Shown here: positions 1 to 12,729 of the stretch, in pieces | Layout: every line of letters begins with the position of its first letter | Position numbering within the stretch: the stretch's first letter is position 1 | Origin: Octopus bimaculoides | Taxonomy: Eukaryota | Assembly: GCF_001194135.2 (NCBI RefSeq) | Contig: NC_068984.1 | Span: forward strand, 70,741,727-70,805,726 | Direction: 5' to 3' | DNA length: 64,000 nt | The notes under the pieces: model-generated | Seen by the model: only the letters and a program-made list of their open reading frames with translations | Databases searched by the model: none | Told to the model about the DNA's origin: nothing | Translations under genes and position numbers: made by a program

Positions 1-790
1 TAGTTTGAAAAATATATAATTGCATTAACAACACATTACAACTCATCATAATTGTACAACAGTAAGGTTATGGAGATTTACTTGGTGTATAAACAAGCAG
101 AAAATAAGTCAAGAAAAAATTCTTGCAGCAATGAAAAAATAAAATGTTGCTCTTAACAGTAAAAGAGGAAAAAGAGCATTTAAAAACAATTCTATACCTT
201 GTTCTTTGAATAAAAAGAAAATAAACTCTTGTAGATTGTGTACCACTTCAGAAGATCTAAGAGAACACTAGATAATCATCAATTACAACACTAATCAAGT
301 TGCTCTGAAATGAAGACACGAATTAAGAAAGTCGTATTAACGATCTTATGAATATTAATTTGTAATCTAGTATATAATCATTTAAGAACTTAGTATAGTG
401 AGTTGGCACAAACTGTAGATTGTTGACCTCATGTATTTAGCTTCTTTACTCTATGGTCTATGTCAGCATTGACTTTGCTATTCATTACACTAGTGTGGCA
501 ATTAAATAACTACTCAAAAGATACTGATATCAATTAGATTGACTGTTCTCTTGTCTAAAGAAACTGGCATTACACATTGGCTCTGAGGCTAGTAGCCTGA
601 GAAAATGTTCATTGCTACGTGGGTACCTATTGGTTTTCCTTGAAAGTCTTGCTCAGTCACGCATTCTGCAGAAGAATTTTCCCCATACAGATACATGATC
701 AATTCTATTTGATAGAAGCTTAAGACTCGGGTATAAACAAATTTGTATCTGTTACTCAATGATGATTAACTCAGATATTTCAGAAAACTT

Positions 791-855
791 GCAAAGGAAA
801 CTAGGACAAACTATGAGTGCAAAAGGCACTCATAGTCTGTCCTAGGCAAAGGAAA
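791..855. mobile_element. 45-bp hairpin insertion flanked by a perfect 10-bp direct repeat (micro-MITE-like)
   Basis: Arms 801-820 (ctaggacaaactatgagtgc) and 826-845 (gcactcatagtctgtcctag) are reverse complements with 1 mismatch, loop aaaag. gcaaaggaaa lies directly on both sides (791-800, 846-855). Confidence 0.6.
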
Positions 856-943
856 TGGAGCAAAATGCAAAAGAGAAGAGATTGAGAAGAATGTTATATT
901 ACTTGGTGTTACAGGCAATAAACATANNNNNNNNNNNNNNNNN

Positions 944-989
<46 letters not shown>

Positions 990-1617
990 GATAGAAACTT
1001 TGTTGTGAAGACATATGCATCATAACTTCTGGGATAGAGAAGTAATTTTCACTCTTTTCGAATAGAATGTAAAATTTGGTTGTTGTTTTGAAAGAAAACA
1101 AAAGCATTTAATTGCATTATTCCCCAATACTCAATGGGTTTTAAATTTAAGCTTTCTTCTTGTTTTTTAGCATTACACTTTAACTTCTTAATACCAACCT
1201 ACCTGATCTTGCCTGTTCACATTGAAATGAAAATCTTGGAAAAAATGTTACATAACATGGCTGGCATAATGAGATTTTTGGTTGGGCATCACCAATATCA
1301 TATAGAAATACATAAAGTTACAGTATTGTACTAAAACTTCCAAAGTCTTAATTATATAGAAAACTAATTGAAATTTATAGTGCAACCTAATCATGAGAAA
1401 CATAGTTAAAAGATTAACCTCACTATGCTTCAACTATACATTGAATTGAGCTAATAAGAAGTCATAAAAGAAGTTGGATTTGATTATTTCAAATGCTTTT
1501 GATATCAGTAAAAGTTAAATACGATGATATTAGCAACTCATAATATCTTCATAATTAAACTGTCAATTAATCTAATTTCCTGATGCCACTGAATGTTTAT
1601 ACAAACATTTGTCTATA

Positions 1618-1812
1618 AGAGGGAGTGCTGAAAAGTTCCTGGCTTTAAGGATGTCATGAAAGGCCTAATTGGAAGCTCACCTTTCCAAGTTCTTTTATAG
1701 GGCTTGGAAAAACTGAAGGGCTACTGCAATAAGTGTGCGAATCTGAGAAGGGAATATGTTAAATAAAATCCTGTATTTTCTTTTACACAAAACCAGGAAC
1801 TTTTGAATCGTA
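1618..1812 (+). mobile_element. Non-autonomous mariner-derived MITE
   Basis: TA, then gagggagtgctgaaaagttcctggc at the left end and ccaggaacttttga at the right end (imperfect TIR). The interior encodes a mariner C-terminal-like remnant GLEKLKGYCNKCANLRREYVK*. Confidence 0.7.
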
Positions 1813-3194
1813 GTAAGCTAGTTACTACATGACTACTGAGCATGTGCAAAGACAATACTTCTACTGATGATGACTAAAATTCAAAAACCTTTGGCGTTGT
1901 CTCTCTTTAGCCTAACTACAACTATAGTTCCTCTTCTTAATTATAAAGTGCAAGTTTTATTATAAATAGAACACAACCAAGACTGTTGATACTTGAGCTG
2001 TTTTTAGTTTATAAAATGTATTACACTGAGTCTAAGATGCATATTGTATTTTTCTTCGATATAATGAGCTTGTTTGCATTTATCTTCCATGAAAAGTGCC
2101 AAGAACTTGTTACAACTGTCTTAATTAGATAAATTCAATAACGTATATAGTCTTTTCCTTATTCCTACTAGCTGTATAAAATAATATTAAAAGAGAATAT
2201 TAGAACTTTCAGACTGCTAGTATAATTGATATATTGTTGTATGTATTAGGTCTTCAGTGAATAGCAAATGTGAGCCATCGTATATAGGTTATACATATTT
2301 CCACTGTCAATAAAGGAAATGTATGTCAAATTTAGTGATTAGCTCTTTCGATTAAATGTACTTTCCGAATAAATAACTGGACATATGTTAAGCTAAGATA
2401 ATGAGACATCACTATGACCTGTGTGATTGATACCAATTAGTGAGATAATTACTCTACATCATTGGTGGATGTGTGTGTTAGTGTGGATGTGTGTGCAATA
2501 AGTGAAATAACGGCTTCATGGGTGTGCATGATATTTCTGTTAAGTGACTTCAGAAATTAATTAAGCATCTAAACTACATCAACAACTTTTCTCCATCATT
2601 TCTGATTAAATATAATCTTGTACTGAAGACTCTATACTTGATACTCCACTTCTCCATCTTTTCAACTCATAATTACTATTGCTCTTGATCTTATTAGTTT
2701 CTAAAACAACAAAATGATTTTGTAATTACTGTAAGTAAAGGCTGAAATCAAGCAAGTCTAAATTGTATATCCACACGTTTTCCTTATGTCATTCCTATTT
2801 TGTGCTATACTAAATACTTTACACAGTTCACCGCTAAACTTCATCTTTGTAGAACTTGCCTAACTCTTGCTTTCATTTCTCATCTGTAAACATCAGCTGC
2901 TGAGATTTAAGATAATCATCACCACTTTGGAAATACTTATTAAAACTATACATTCTGCTGCACTTTCTATATTGACCAATAAATAAACAAAACAACAAGC
3001 CTGTAATATTTAAGAAGAATGATAAATAATTATGTAACACCAAGAAAATTTGGTGTTTCAGAGGAACTAGCAAGTGAATGGAGAAAGATATGCAATAAAC
3101 CTTAGAGATTAGCTTTGCAAATGGCCCAAATGCTGAAGAAAGTTACTAAGAGAGTACTTGGAAATAGTTGTGATTGAAAATCTGTAACATTTAG

Positions 3195-3615
3195 ATGTTT
3201 TGCAAACAACTTGCACTGCGAGTGCTACAAGACAAAAGCTCCGCATACAGGAAGCCAGCAAGTGTATGGAGTCATCAGGAGAGAATCATTCCATTTCAGG
3301 GCCTACCTCTCGACGGCATCATTGCGCACTGCCCTCCCTCACTGATATGAAGCTCTCCTTGCTAGAGCAACTGGTTATCAAATAAAGCTCAATATTCTTC
3401 TAGCCATTGCTCATCATTTCTTTTTAACCAAATCCAGTGGCTAACCTTTTTCACTATAGTTTGGATATCATTCATGGTGGTATTTACTTTACAATGAGTT
3501 AGGCCTAATGATAACAAGTTACCTTACACTGTGTCTAACAAATCCTTACAGCCAACTTCAATTGGAAAATGCTCTGCTTTCCAGCCTGCATCTTCACATT
3601 CATGTAAAATAAATT
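3195..3615 (-). mobile_element. 3' end of a Hero-like (RLE) non-LTR retrotransposon, 5'-truncated
   Basis: Minus translation LHECEDAGWKAEHFPIEVGC(K/fs)GFV...LLSLGLTHCKVNTTMNDIQTIVKKVSHWIWLKRNDEQWLEEY* (stop 3389-3391). This fits the Hero C-terminal pattern GWxAxxxPxEVGCRGF...SxWxWxKR. A ~190-bp 3' UTR follows. Confidence 0.8.
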
Positions 3616-4209
3616 TGGGATTTTAAGGTAAAATACAGGATAATGCTTGAGATTCATGAGATATTATGATTTAGCACTTTAGAAATGAACAAAACTTATA
3701 TAAAAACTATCAGCTAATCTAGAAAATAAGGTACAAACATTTCCTCAATTTGTAGTACAAAACAGGCAAATGGAGGTTATAGGTTCTTATAAATGGAAAC
3801 AAAGTTAGCAACAACAAGAATGACTTTCTTGATCTTGATATACCTAAACAAATAACAAATAGAAGCATAAATATTACTGTAAAAACTAGTGGACTGGCAA
3901 AAACTGGATTACTTTAGTTCTTTCCTATTTGGTGGAGTTACAAATCCTTTGCAACCATTAGATGTTAGTATCAGTCAGCTATTTAAGTTCATGATGAGGA
4001 AGATATGAAATAACTAGATGTGATAGAGAAAAATCATACATCGAAAGAGGTAATATGTGGATTCCATCATTGTCTTTGATTTGTGAGTGGATTGTTACTT
4101 TATGGAAGGAAATATAGTCTAATATTATTATCAAATTGTTAAAAAAGTGAGAAATTTTTAATGGATGGTGCAGAAGACAAATGATCATGGTGGTAGTGGT
4201 GGTGATTGT

Positions 4210-4340
<131 letters not shown>

Positions 4341-4804
4341 AGCAGACAGTATGCAGCCTGTAATTACACACAGTAATGATAAAGACAATTCCCATGAGGA
4401 AATAAATCACTTCAGATAATTATCAAAGCTTATTCAGTGCTGAATATGATAAACAGTGTGATTTTAAAGAACTCTATTTCTGAAAAGCTTACATTTGCCA
4501 CAAATTTGTTAAAGCAACTATTACAGTTTTGTATATATATATATATACATAAAGCCTACATATTCATTTTCCTTTACTGATGTTTCAGCATTTTTGTTTC
4601 AATATCCACAGCCTTAAACTGCATGGAATTACTTAATTAGTGTGATATGTAAGACCTTAATGAAAATATACAATAAAGTATTATGGATATAAATAAAACA
4701 AGTATATTATTAAGAGTTACATGGTCATATTTACACAGACGAATACATTTTGGTATGTATGTTGGATGATTATTCTTATTATTTCCTTCTTTATTCCCTT
4801 AAGA

Positions 4805-5054
4805 CAGTGTTTCTCAACCAATTTTTTTTTACCTATGGATCTTCTTTGATTCTTAGTTAATTGGAGTGGACCTTCATAATCATTCTATGTTTTAAAAATC
4901 TTATTATATTCTTATAATTAAATATTATTAGGAATTGTATTCAAAAAGATTGTTAAAAATAATTTGCATATAACTGATTTTTGCACATAAATTCTAACAA
5001 CAAAATCTTATGTGAACCCCCAAGGGCCATATGGACCCTGGTTGAGAGCCATTT
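4805..5054. mobile_element. hAT (Charlie/MER5-like) MITE, degraded
   Basis: Left end cagtgtttctcaacc and right end ggttgagagccattt (imperfect TIR), with subterminal ccccaagggccatatggaccctg typical of Charlie-type MITEs. No 8-bp TSD recovered. Confidence 0.55.
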
Positions 5055-5204
5055 AAGTTGTAAGAGATTATTTAAGATTCTGCTACTGATATAATTCTCT
5101 GTAAACACTGTAAGGACTGTAAGATTCGACATGGACAGCAGGAAGGGACACAGCTAGCATTATGAATGCACTAAACATTGAAATTCATCCTTACACCTTT
5201 GAAC

Positions 5205-5375
5205 AGAGTCTTAAGCTCAATTCGGATAGCTATGTGAAACTTCTGGAGACTGGTCAATGCCTGACTGGAGAGCCTAGCTGCTGGAAGGTCATATGTGTGA
5301 CAGAAGGATTCAGCTACTTGCCATATCTGTGGAAAGAGTCAGAAGTGGCTGTCAGGAATTTCTACGACTTCACCA
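5205..5375 (+). mobile_element. Tc1/mariner (DD37D/maT-like) transposase catalytic-domain fragment
   Basis: Frameshift-joined KLNSDSYVKLLET / *LESLAAGRSYV*QKDSATCHICGKSQKWLS / NFYDFTS resembles ...AAGRPYVWQQDSAPCHTSxKSQxWLSENFxDFTSP. Confidence 0.7.
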
Positions 5376-5964
5376 GCTGCAGATTTTTAGGTTAAATTTG
5401 GTTTTGAAAAAATTAGGCATTTACATGAGTATATAAGGCAAACAAATTGTAGCTAGATACCTGTGTTAGCATTAGAAGCATGTTGAGCATGAAAGAAGCA
5501 ATTGAGTGTAAGTTTCAAAGAGAATAAATGCGATTATTAAAAAAGAGTTGAGAATATAACACAAAGTCTTTAAGAATACTTCAACACAAGAACATATGAT
5601 ATGCAAAAATAGGAAGTAATATATGATGATGGGATAGATATACTCTGGTTACTTCATTATTTGTCCTTAAAGGCAGTTGGACTTAAAATTAGTAAAACAA
5701 CAGTCAAATCTTTTGTAGTATTTGATTGTGAAACCTTATAATTTGCATGCAAAATTTAAACTTATCAATGTCAACTTTGCATTTTCTCTTTCTGTGGGTG
5801 ATTAAATATCAGACAAAATGTTAGATCACTTTAACCAACTAAAATTTATTGAATGTCATTTATTCCCCAACAGCATCACAATCAAATCACTGCCACCAGT
5901 ATAAGAATAAAAGAGTTAGTATATATGTAGAGTTTATTAATTCCAGAAGGGGAAAATAAGTCAT

Positions 5965-6175
5965 TGAAAATGTGAAGTGTTGTGGCACAGTCGCCAGTGC
6001 CAATGTTCTTACTTTGGTAATAAACCAAAGAGCTGCAACTTGCAATGCAGAAGATGACAAAGTATGACTCATTGACAGGCAGATATCTTTACATGCCAGT
6101 CACTGTTGAGGTCTTCAGATTGCAGGCCTTGGTTTACCACTCTCCTCCATCAAATTTTTCTGAAGATTTCATGCC
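5965..6175 (+). mobile_element. CRE-clade non-LTR retrotransposon restriction-like endonuclease remnant
   Basis: NVKCCGTVASANV...RAATCNAEDDK / MTKYDSLTGRYLYMPVTVEVF resembles the CRE motif DxTCxDTxAxS...AAxxAExxKxxKYxxLxxxYxFxPxAVET. Confidence 0.55.
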
Positions 6176-7688
6176 TAAAGAAAAAATATCATGAAATATT
6201 TTCTGATGCAGTGAGTTTTAGTGGCTATTTATAACAGCTTGCAGTCTTATCTGTAGGGTGTAAGCATGACAATTTGTTAGAAAAAAAGTAGAATCTGTCA
6301 TTATTTTAATCTTTTTTATATGTACATATACATATATAAGAATTTAGTCTTAAGTAGTTTAATAAACGTTTTATGTAAGAAAAAGCAAACAAAATCAAAA
6401 ACAAAAACCATTCAAATTATTGTAAATTAAAAGTTGCAAACTAAATTATTTGATCAGCTGCTTAACAATTATCAGCTTAAATCTGCTGACAACATTTCAT
6501 TGTATCTGTGGGTTGCATAATTGTATATTATTGTCTCAGTCTGTTGGTTTGTAACAAACAGCACATTTTCAGTATAACAATGAAGAGTATCAACTATCCA
6601 TTGGTACATAACCTTATTCCTTTATGTCTCATGCAACTGATTTATTTACTGCACCAGTTTATTCATCCCTGCTTAAGTGAAATTATTATAAGACATCATT
6701 TATAAATTGAAAATTACAGTTGAAAGATATGTACTACAGCATATGAGCTTTAGAGAGAAAATATATTTCTTACCTTGTACATTGTGTACCTTTCCATTGA
6801 TTTGACCTACCATATGTTAGGACCTAAGGGAATGCAATGATTTGAGGGGCTGTTGTTTGAAAGTGGAACTAGATACAACAAACCACTACTATTTGGTATC
6901 TGAATAGTAGGGAAAAGCTGTACTCTTTCTCTACTCACTCTCCAGCACTAAGTACAATTAATATCTATTTTAACTTCTAGTGTTCAGATCAAATATTTCT
7001 ATGGGTCTGTTAAAGATATTTGAATGATAGTTCACTGTTTATATCTTATAAGATGAGCATCTCCCTTCCACATGTGATAGAGCTGATCCTATCATTGGGG
7101 AATATCTCTTAGAAAATATCAGATATTAAGTCTATTTATCACACTTTCATATGATAAAATACAATATCTAACACACACACATACATTTATAAATGCATAT
7201 GTTTACTCATACATATGTAAATAACTATGCTTTGTTTTTGTTCCAAATAGCCGAAATAAGTAAATGAATTAGACATAAAGATATGGAAAACAAATATGGA
7301 ATAGAAGAGAACTATAAATATTTTAGATTCCAACAGTGATGTTCCCTTAAGTAGAAATTTATGAAATATCACCTATCCATCTTTCTTAACAAACGATTTT
7401 TTTAAAATTAATTTAGAAATTAATAATTTTCACATGGAACAAATTTATGAAAAATATTCAGATTGTTGTTGAGTTATTCTGCATTTTTCGATGATGGTTT
7501 TTAAAATTAAAAAAAGTAAAACAACTATTTTCCATATCTTCTTAGAATGTTCTTTCCATATTAACATATGTGGGATGTGCTCAAAGAAAAGCCTTACAAT
7601 TTGAATGTTTTTTTATAAAACATTTAGAAATTTAATATATCATTCCCTAAGTTAGGGAAATAATGCAAGAATGTAGGAAGATGCTTCA

Positions 7689-7926
7689 ATGTTGTGTGTA
7701 TGTAAATATGTATATATATATATAAATATGTGTGTGTGTGTGTGTGTATGTGTGTACATGTATATATATATATGTATAGATAAGTGNNNNNNNNNNNNNN
7801 NNNNNNNNNNNNNNNNNNNNNNNNNNNNNNNNNNNNNNNNNNNNNNNNNNNNNNNNNNNNNNNNNNNNNNNNNNNNNATACATGCATAAAATACATACAC
7901 ACACATACTTGCACGCACACACGTGT

Positions 7927-7978
<52 letters not shown>

Positions 7979-7980
7979 AC
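7689..7980. repeat. (TG)n/(TA)n/(CA)n microsatellite cluster around gap 7787-7877
   Basis: Read directly from the sequence. Confidence 0.95.
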
Positions 7981-8795
7981 AACTGTTTTTCAAATTTCTC
8001 TTATGTATTATAAATTTTGTAACCATGCACATTGGATTAATGAAAGAAAAAAACAACTTATTATTAAATTCATTTCGAGGCATAAAATAATGTCTTGCAA
8101 TATCAACAATAATTTTTGAGTTTTCTTTTAGAATCCAGAAGATAGATATTGCTTATTCAATAAGGCATTTATTTTCAACTTCTCTTTTGTGACATATTCC
8201 TGCATTATTTCCATAATTAAAATCATTTGAAGTGCTGATATTTTTTTTTCTCTCAGCTGCATATTTATTTTTTAAAGCTAGTTTAATTGTTTGTTGTCTT
8301 TTATAATGCATTGTATTAAAATCAATGTATAACAGTGGAACATTTCATATTTCATATTTTACAAAAAATAAAAACTAAATCTTATTAATCCAATACAGTA
8401 ACAACAAGACAGAGTCCTCAATACATATCCGGCAAAATATAGATCACCAACAATAAACACCACTTACTTATGGATACTTTAGAAATATATGAGTTAAACT
8501 AAGGTGAGTATTAACTCACCTTAGTTTAACATCACCATCCCAATTCCTGTTGCAAGTATTTGGTTATCATTAAGTCCTTCCCGCATTTTTTTCTGCACAT
8601 GCACAGGCAAAGTATTGACCATACTAATTTTGCTGTTTAGCAATGGTTATAAACATTACATCTTCTTTTCTGGCAATACTATTTAAAAGAGTAAATAATT
8701 TGATAAAAAATTTTCACATATGTTATGCATGCTAGAGGACCAAATTTCAGATGACTGTTCATGGCAAACATGCATCTATCATACAGAGCTACAAA

Positions 8796-8804
8796 CTACT
8801 ACTA

Positions 8805-8886
<82 letters not shown>
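8796..8886 (+). repeat. Compound microsatellite (CTA)n(CTG)n(ATG)n
   Basis: Read directly from the sequence. Confidence 0.97.
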
Positions 8887-8887
<1 letters not shown>

Positions 8888-8889
8888 AG

Positions 8890-9085
8890 TTTCTAATTTT
8901 GACACAAGGCAAGTGAGTTTGGGTGAGAAGTTAAGTAGATTACTTCAACCTTAGTGCTCAACTTGTACTTATTTCATCGACCCTGGAGGGATGAAAGGCA
9001 AAGTCAACTGCAGTAGAATTTGAACACAGAGAAATACTACTAAACTTTTTGTCGGACTTGCATTTTTTGTCAGTTTGCTGCTTTA
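8890..9085 (-). mobile_element. Nin/Deu-domain tRNA SINE, degraded
   Basis: Contains tacttatttcatcgaccctggagggatgaaaggcaaagtcaac...gaatttgaac. Its reverse complement has a B-box-like gttcaaattc followed by gcctttcatccctccagggtcgatgaaataagtac, the Deu/Nin core. Confidence 0.75.
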
Positions 9086-9114
9086 AATAATAATAATATA
9101 ATATAATATAATTA

Positions 9115-9325
9115 ATGATTTCAAATTTTGGCACAAGGCCAGCAATTACAGGGGAGGGGTAAGTTGATTATATTGAGCCAAGTGGTTGATTAGTACTAAT
9201 TTTATTGACCCTAAAATGAAGAAAAGCAATGTCAACTTTGGCAGAATTGAAATTCTGAATGTGGATATGCTTCTAGGCATTTTCTCCAAAACTCAAATGA
9301 TTCTGCCAGCTTGCTGCTTTTATAA
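9115..9325 (-). mobile_element. Nin/Deu-domain tRNA SINE, degraded second copy
   Basis: Collinear with 8890-9085 and 38069-38282 (ggcacaaggcc...ttattgaccc...gtcaactttggcagaattgaa...gattctgccagct). Confidence 0.7.
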
Positions 9326-9894
9326 TAAAAGTAATGATGATGATGATGATGATGACGATGACGAGAAGGAGCAGCAGGAGGAGGGGAAGAAGGAGGGGAG
9401 AAGAAGGAGGAGAAAGTTATTTTTTCTCTTTTGACTCACCACAGGATGAAAAACAAAGCCTACCAAAGGGTGGTATAACTCTGGAGAGTTAATGGACATC
9501 GAAATAGTATTTCTTTATTCACATTGCTACAGATGATGCCAATATGACAATCATAAGTAATTAACTTTGTACACAGTAAAACCAGCCAGCTCTTGATAGA
9601 AGCAATAATGTTGATGTATACTCTGAGACTAAAACTGACAGAGGTTACTCTTTAGGAGCTAGGCGTATCACGAAAGGATGACAGTTTTTTAGACTAGTCC
9701 TCTGGAAATAGTGTCACAAGCAAAGCACCAGTGGTGGTGACAGCTTAACTTCACAGTTCTCTTTATGAGAGAACTGCCCAATAAAATGTATTATCACAAG
9801 TGGATTGACTAGAATGGCTGCCCAATGTAGCAGGATGGGCCTGGTTTTTATTCAACTACTGCTACACAGATTAGGGGAAGATGGTCTCAAAATG

Positions 9895-11995
9895 ACTCTT
9901 AAACTGTGATGTATTGTTACAACAGAAGCAAACCTGCCAAAGTAGGATACAGGAATGAATGCATAAAAAGTTGGTGAGGAAAGACATGTTTCTTGTTACA
10001 GAACAAAGACTTCTAAACCAGGAAAATTTCATCATGAAAAGTCAGTGGCTATTCCATTTGGAAATTGAAGAGATTATCAAAACAGTAAAAGATAAAGAAA
10101 ATAGCTTTCTGGAAGAAAAAGAAATAGAGAAAATTTGAACAAGTAATAGCAAAGAGTTCCATAAAGCATCAGGACAAAAATAAAAACCAGGGTGCTAACA
10201 AATTTTATTAGATGGAAAGAAAAGTTGCTACAGTGGAAGAAAGGAGCTTACAACTATAACTAACTGAGGCATGAACTAGTAAAAGAAAGAAACTCTCAAC
10301 TTAGTGATGAGTTGAAAGAAGAAAATTACGTTAAGTTACAAAAACACTGGAGGAGGTGTTTATGAAAATCCATGTTGGAAATAGAACAGATCTAAATAAT
10401 CTTTTTGACAATAAAATTTCTTAGGATTGAAAGTCAAGGAAAAGCAAGAGACAAAACCTGTGATGGAAATCAAACTTGAGAATCAATTTTAATAGCTCAA
10501 CAGAGGTCCTGGAAGGATAAATGCAATAACAGAGACAGAGAATTATTGGTAGCTTAAGAAGGGATAAGAAAAAAAAACTATTAAGGCAGTATCAGGTAAA
10601 TAGTTTTGATACTGACAAGAATAAAACAATACCAGCTAAACAGCTCTTCAGAAACAATGAAAGGAAATAGGAAATTTTACCAACAGTTACAATGAGCATC
10701 AGTAGAAAAATATGCCAAATGTTGAAGCAGCAAAGATGTTTTGGATAAACACTTGGAGCAAAGAGATTCAACAAATCAGGAAAGCAGAGTGGTTATGAGA
10801 AATTTGCAATTGAAATCGAAAATAGATAAAACTAAGATAATAAAAATATTACAGGGGAAGAAAGTGAAAAAAGATGCTTAAAACAAAAAGAAGAAAATAG
10901 ATTGGAAAGCTCCTAGACCACATGGTGTGCAGAGTTTCAGGTTAAACATTTCACAAGTAGGCACAGCTATATAGAAGCGTTTTTTACAAGCTGTAACAGC
11001 AAAGGGATCACACACATACACCCAGATAACAAAAAGAAAGGAAATGCTATTACAGAATGACAAAGAAAAAAGGGAAGGGAAGATAGTAATTATATGCCTA
11101 TTACATGCTTACTTGAGGGAAAGGGAGATAAAAATATAATTTTCTGACATGAATATGGCAATTAAAATAATTTAGTCTGGTTCTCTAATGCCTTTTTTCT
11201 CTCCAATACTTTAATTACTAATTATAATATCAGGAATTTATTAACTGGCCATAGAGCCCATGAATTGCATAGATTCCTGGAAAAGAAGAATTATTACCAG
11301 AAGAGCCACAGAGATGCAGAAAGAAGTCAAAGAAACTGTTGATCTGCTGCACATTGAAAGTCTGATAAGTGAGATGTAAATAAGAATGAAAAACTTAACT
11401 TTTGGTTGGACTGACTATAAGAAAGACTACAATAATATTCCATACTGTTGGCTCTTAGAATGCCTAAGGACTCCTGGGATCAATGAGATGATTAACAGAT
11501 TTTATTTCTAGAAAATATGATGAGATCATGAGAAGTGTAACTAAAATTGAAAATAAATAATTAGAAAAATGGGAAAATTTGTGGAGAGATATTCTAGGGA
11601 GACTTGCTTGCTCTTTTACCTTTCATCATTGCTGTGATCTTTTTGACAATGCTGCGAAAATTCAGGTTTCACCATGAACTTGCCAAAGTTAGGGTAAAAA
11701 TGGGAGAGAAAAAGAAAGTGATGTAAAAGAGGAAAGAGTAAAAACAAAAGAAAAGGAAAGAAAAGAAGAGAATAGAAAATAAAAGCAAATAAAAGACAAA
11801 TAGAAATAAAAAATGATGGGAATAAAAAGGAAAAGGTTGATACAAGAAGAAAAATGAAAACAAAGAAGAAAATAAAAGAAAACTAAAAAAGTAAAATGGA
11901 ACAGATGTTTTCTTATTTGTGAAGACTAAACTTTATAAAGTAGAGACTAAATTTATTCCCTAAAATGAAAAATGAATTAATGAAACTATCTTTAA
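9895..11995 (+). mobile_element. R4/Dong-clade LINE relic (N-terminal region and RT), heavily decayed
   Basis: YCYNRSKPAKVGYR...EQRLLNQ...QWLFHLEIEEI (R4 N-terminal motif); WKAPRPHGVQSF and SNYMPITCLL (RT domains 0-1); GWTDYKKDYNNIP (domain 3); IF*GDLLALLPFII (QGDxLSP); degenerate LFxDDLKLY near 11910. Confidence 0.8.
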
Positions 11996-12729
11996 CTCAC
12001 AGAAATATCTAGTCTTGCCTAGGTTTATAGAGAATGTCAAAAAATGTCACATAACATATGACCTTCTCCCTGAAACGATGCCTCTTTTACCAAATTTCAA
12101 ATGACTAGATCTATGACTGGAAATGTACATGCATAAATTCAGTTTTTTTATATATGTTAAAAAGACATGAAATGTTACAGTGCATTGCAATTTGCAGCTC
12201 TCCCAGTAAAGTAAGGAGAGAAAAAGACAAAAAAGTCACTAAAGCCTCAGGAAATCAATGAGATTTTAGCATCAGAGAAAAAAGAAATATCAGTAAAATT
12301 CATAAAATCAAATAATTGCACAAATGTGTGTATCATAACGGAAGGTAAATTTTACAGTTCATGTAAGGTATTTATCTAGAGATGAAGGAAGAAAGGAAAA
12401 TTTTTGCTAAGCCCAGAGCCAGTCATAAAATGAAATTATTAAAATGTCAACTGAGTTCATATTGTGGATTGCAGAATCAGTAGAATGACAGACAAAATGC
12501 TGGTAGTATGCAGTTAATTCTATTCTGATATGCATTTTGTTCACATCCTAATGGGACCAAACTTTAATTTCATCATTCTAGGGATTCAATAAGATAAAGA
12601 ACAAATACTCGAGTTGAAGTAATAAATCTTACCTTCACAAAATTTAGTGGCTTTCTGAGTATGCATTAGAAGTCATGGTATATATATAAGTTTAAGTCAC
12701 CTGAAGGATAGCGACTAACAAAAGAACTG

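Noticed and set aside
198-256. 59-nt candidate minus-strand exon (ttctcttag|...AAG|gtatag) open in two frames
   Set aside because: No recognisable protein motif and no consistent partner exons.
1860-1895. CUGAUGA-UGACUAAAAUUCA-AAAA hammerhead-like string
   Set aside because: No G12 and no stem I complementarity.
6774-6823. 50-nt candidate minus-strand exon VLTYGRSNQWKGTQCT with good splice signals, plus a 16/17 match to 225-245
   Set aside because: The peptide is unrecognised. A 16/17 match is expected by chance in 64 kb of AT-rich DNA.
8520-8630. Minus-strand peptide KMREGLNDNQILATGIGMVMLN resembling a copia protease-flanking motif
   Set aside because: Too short, and no other LTR-retrotransposon motif is nearby.
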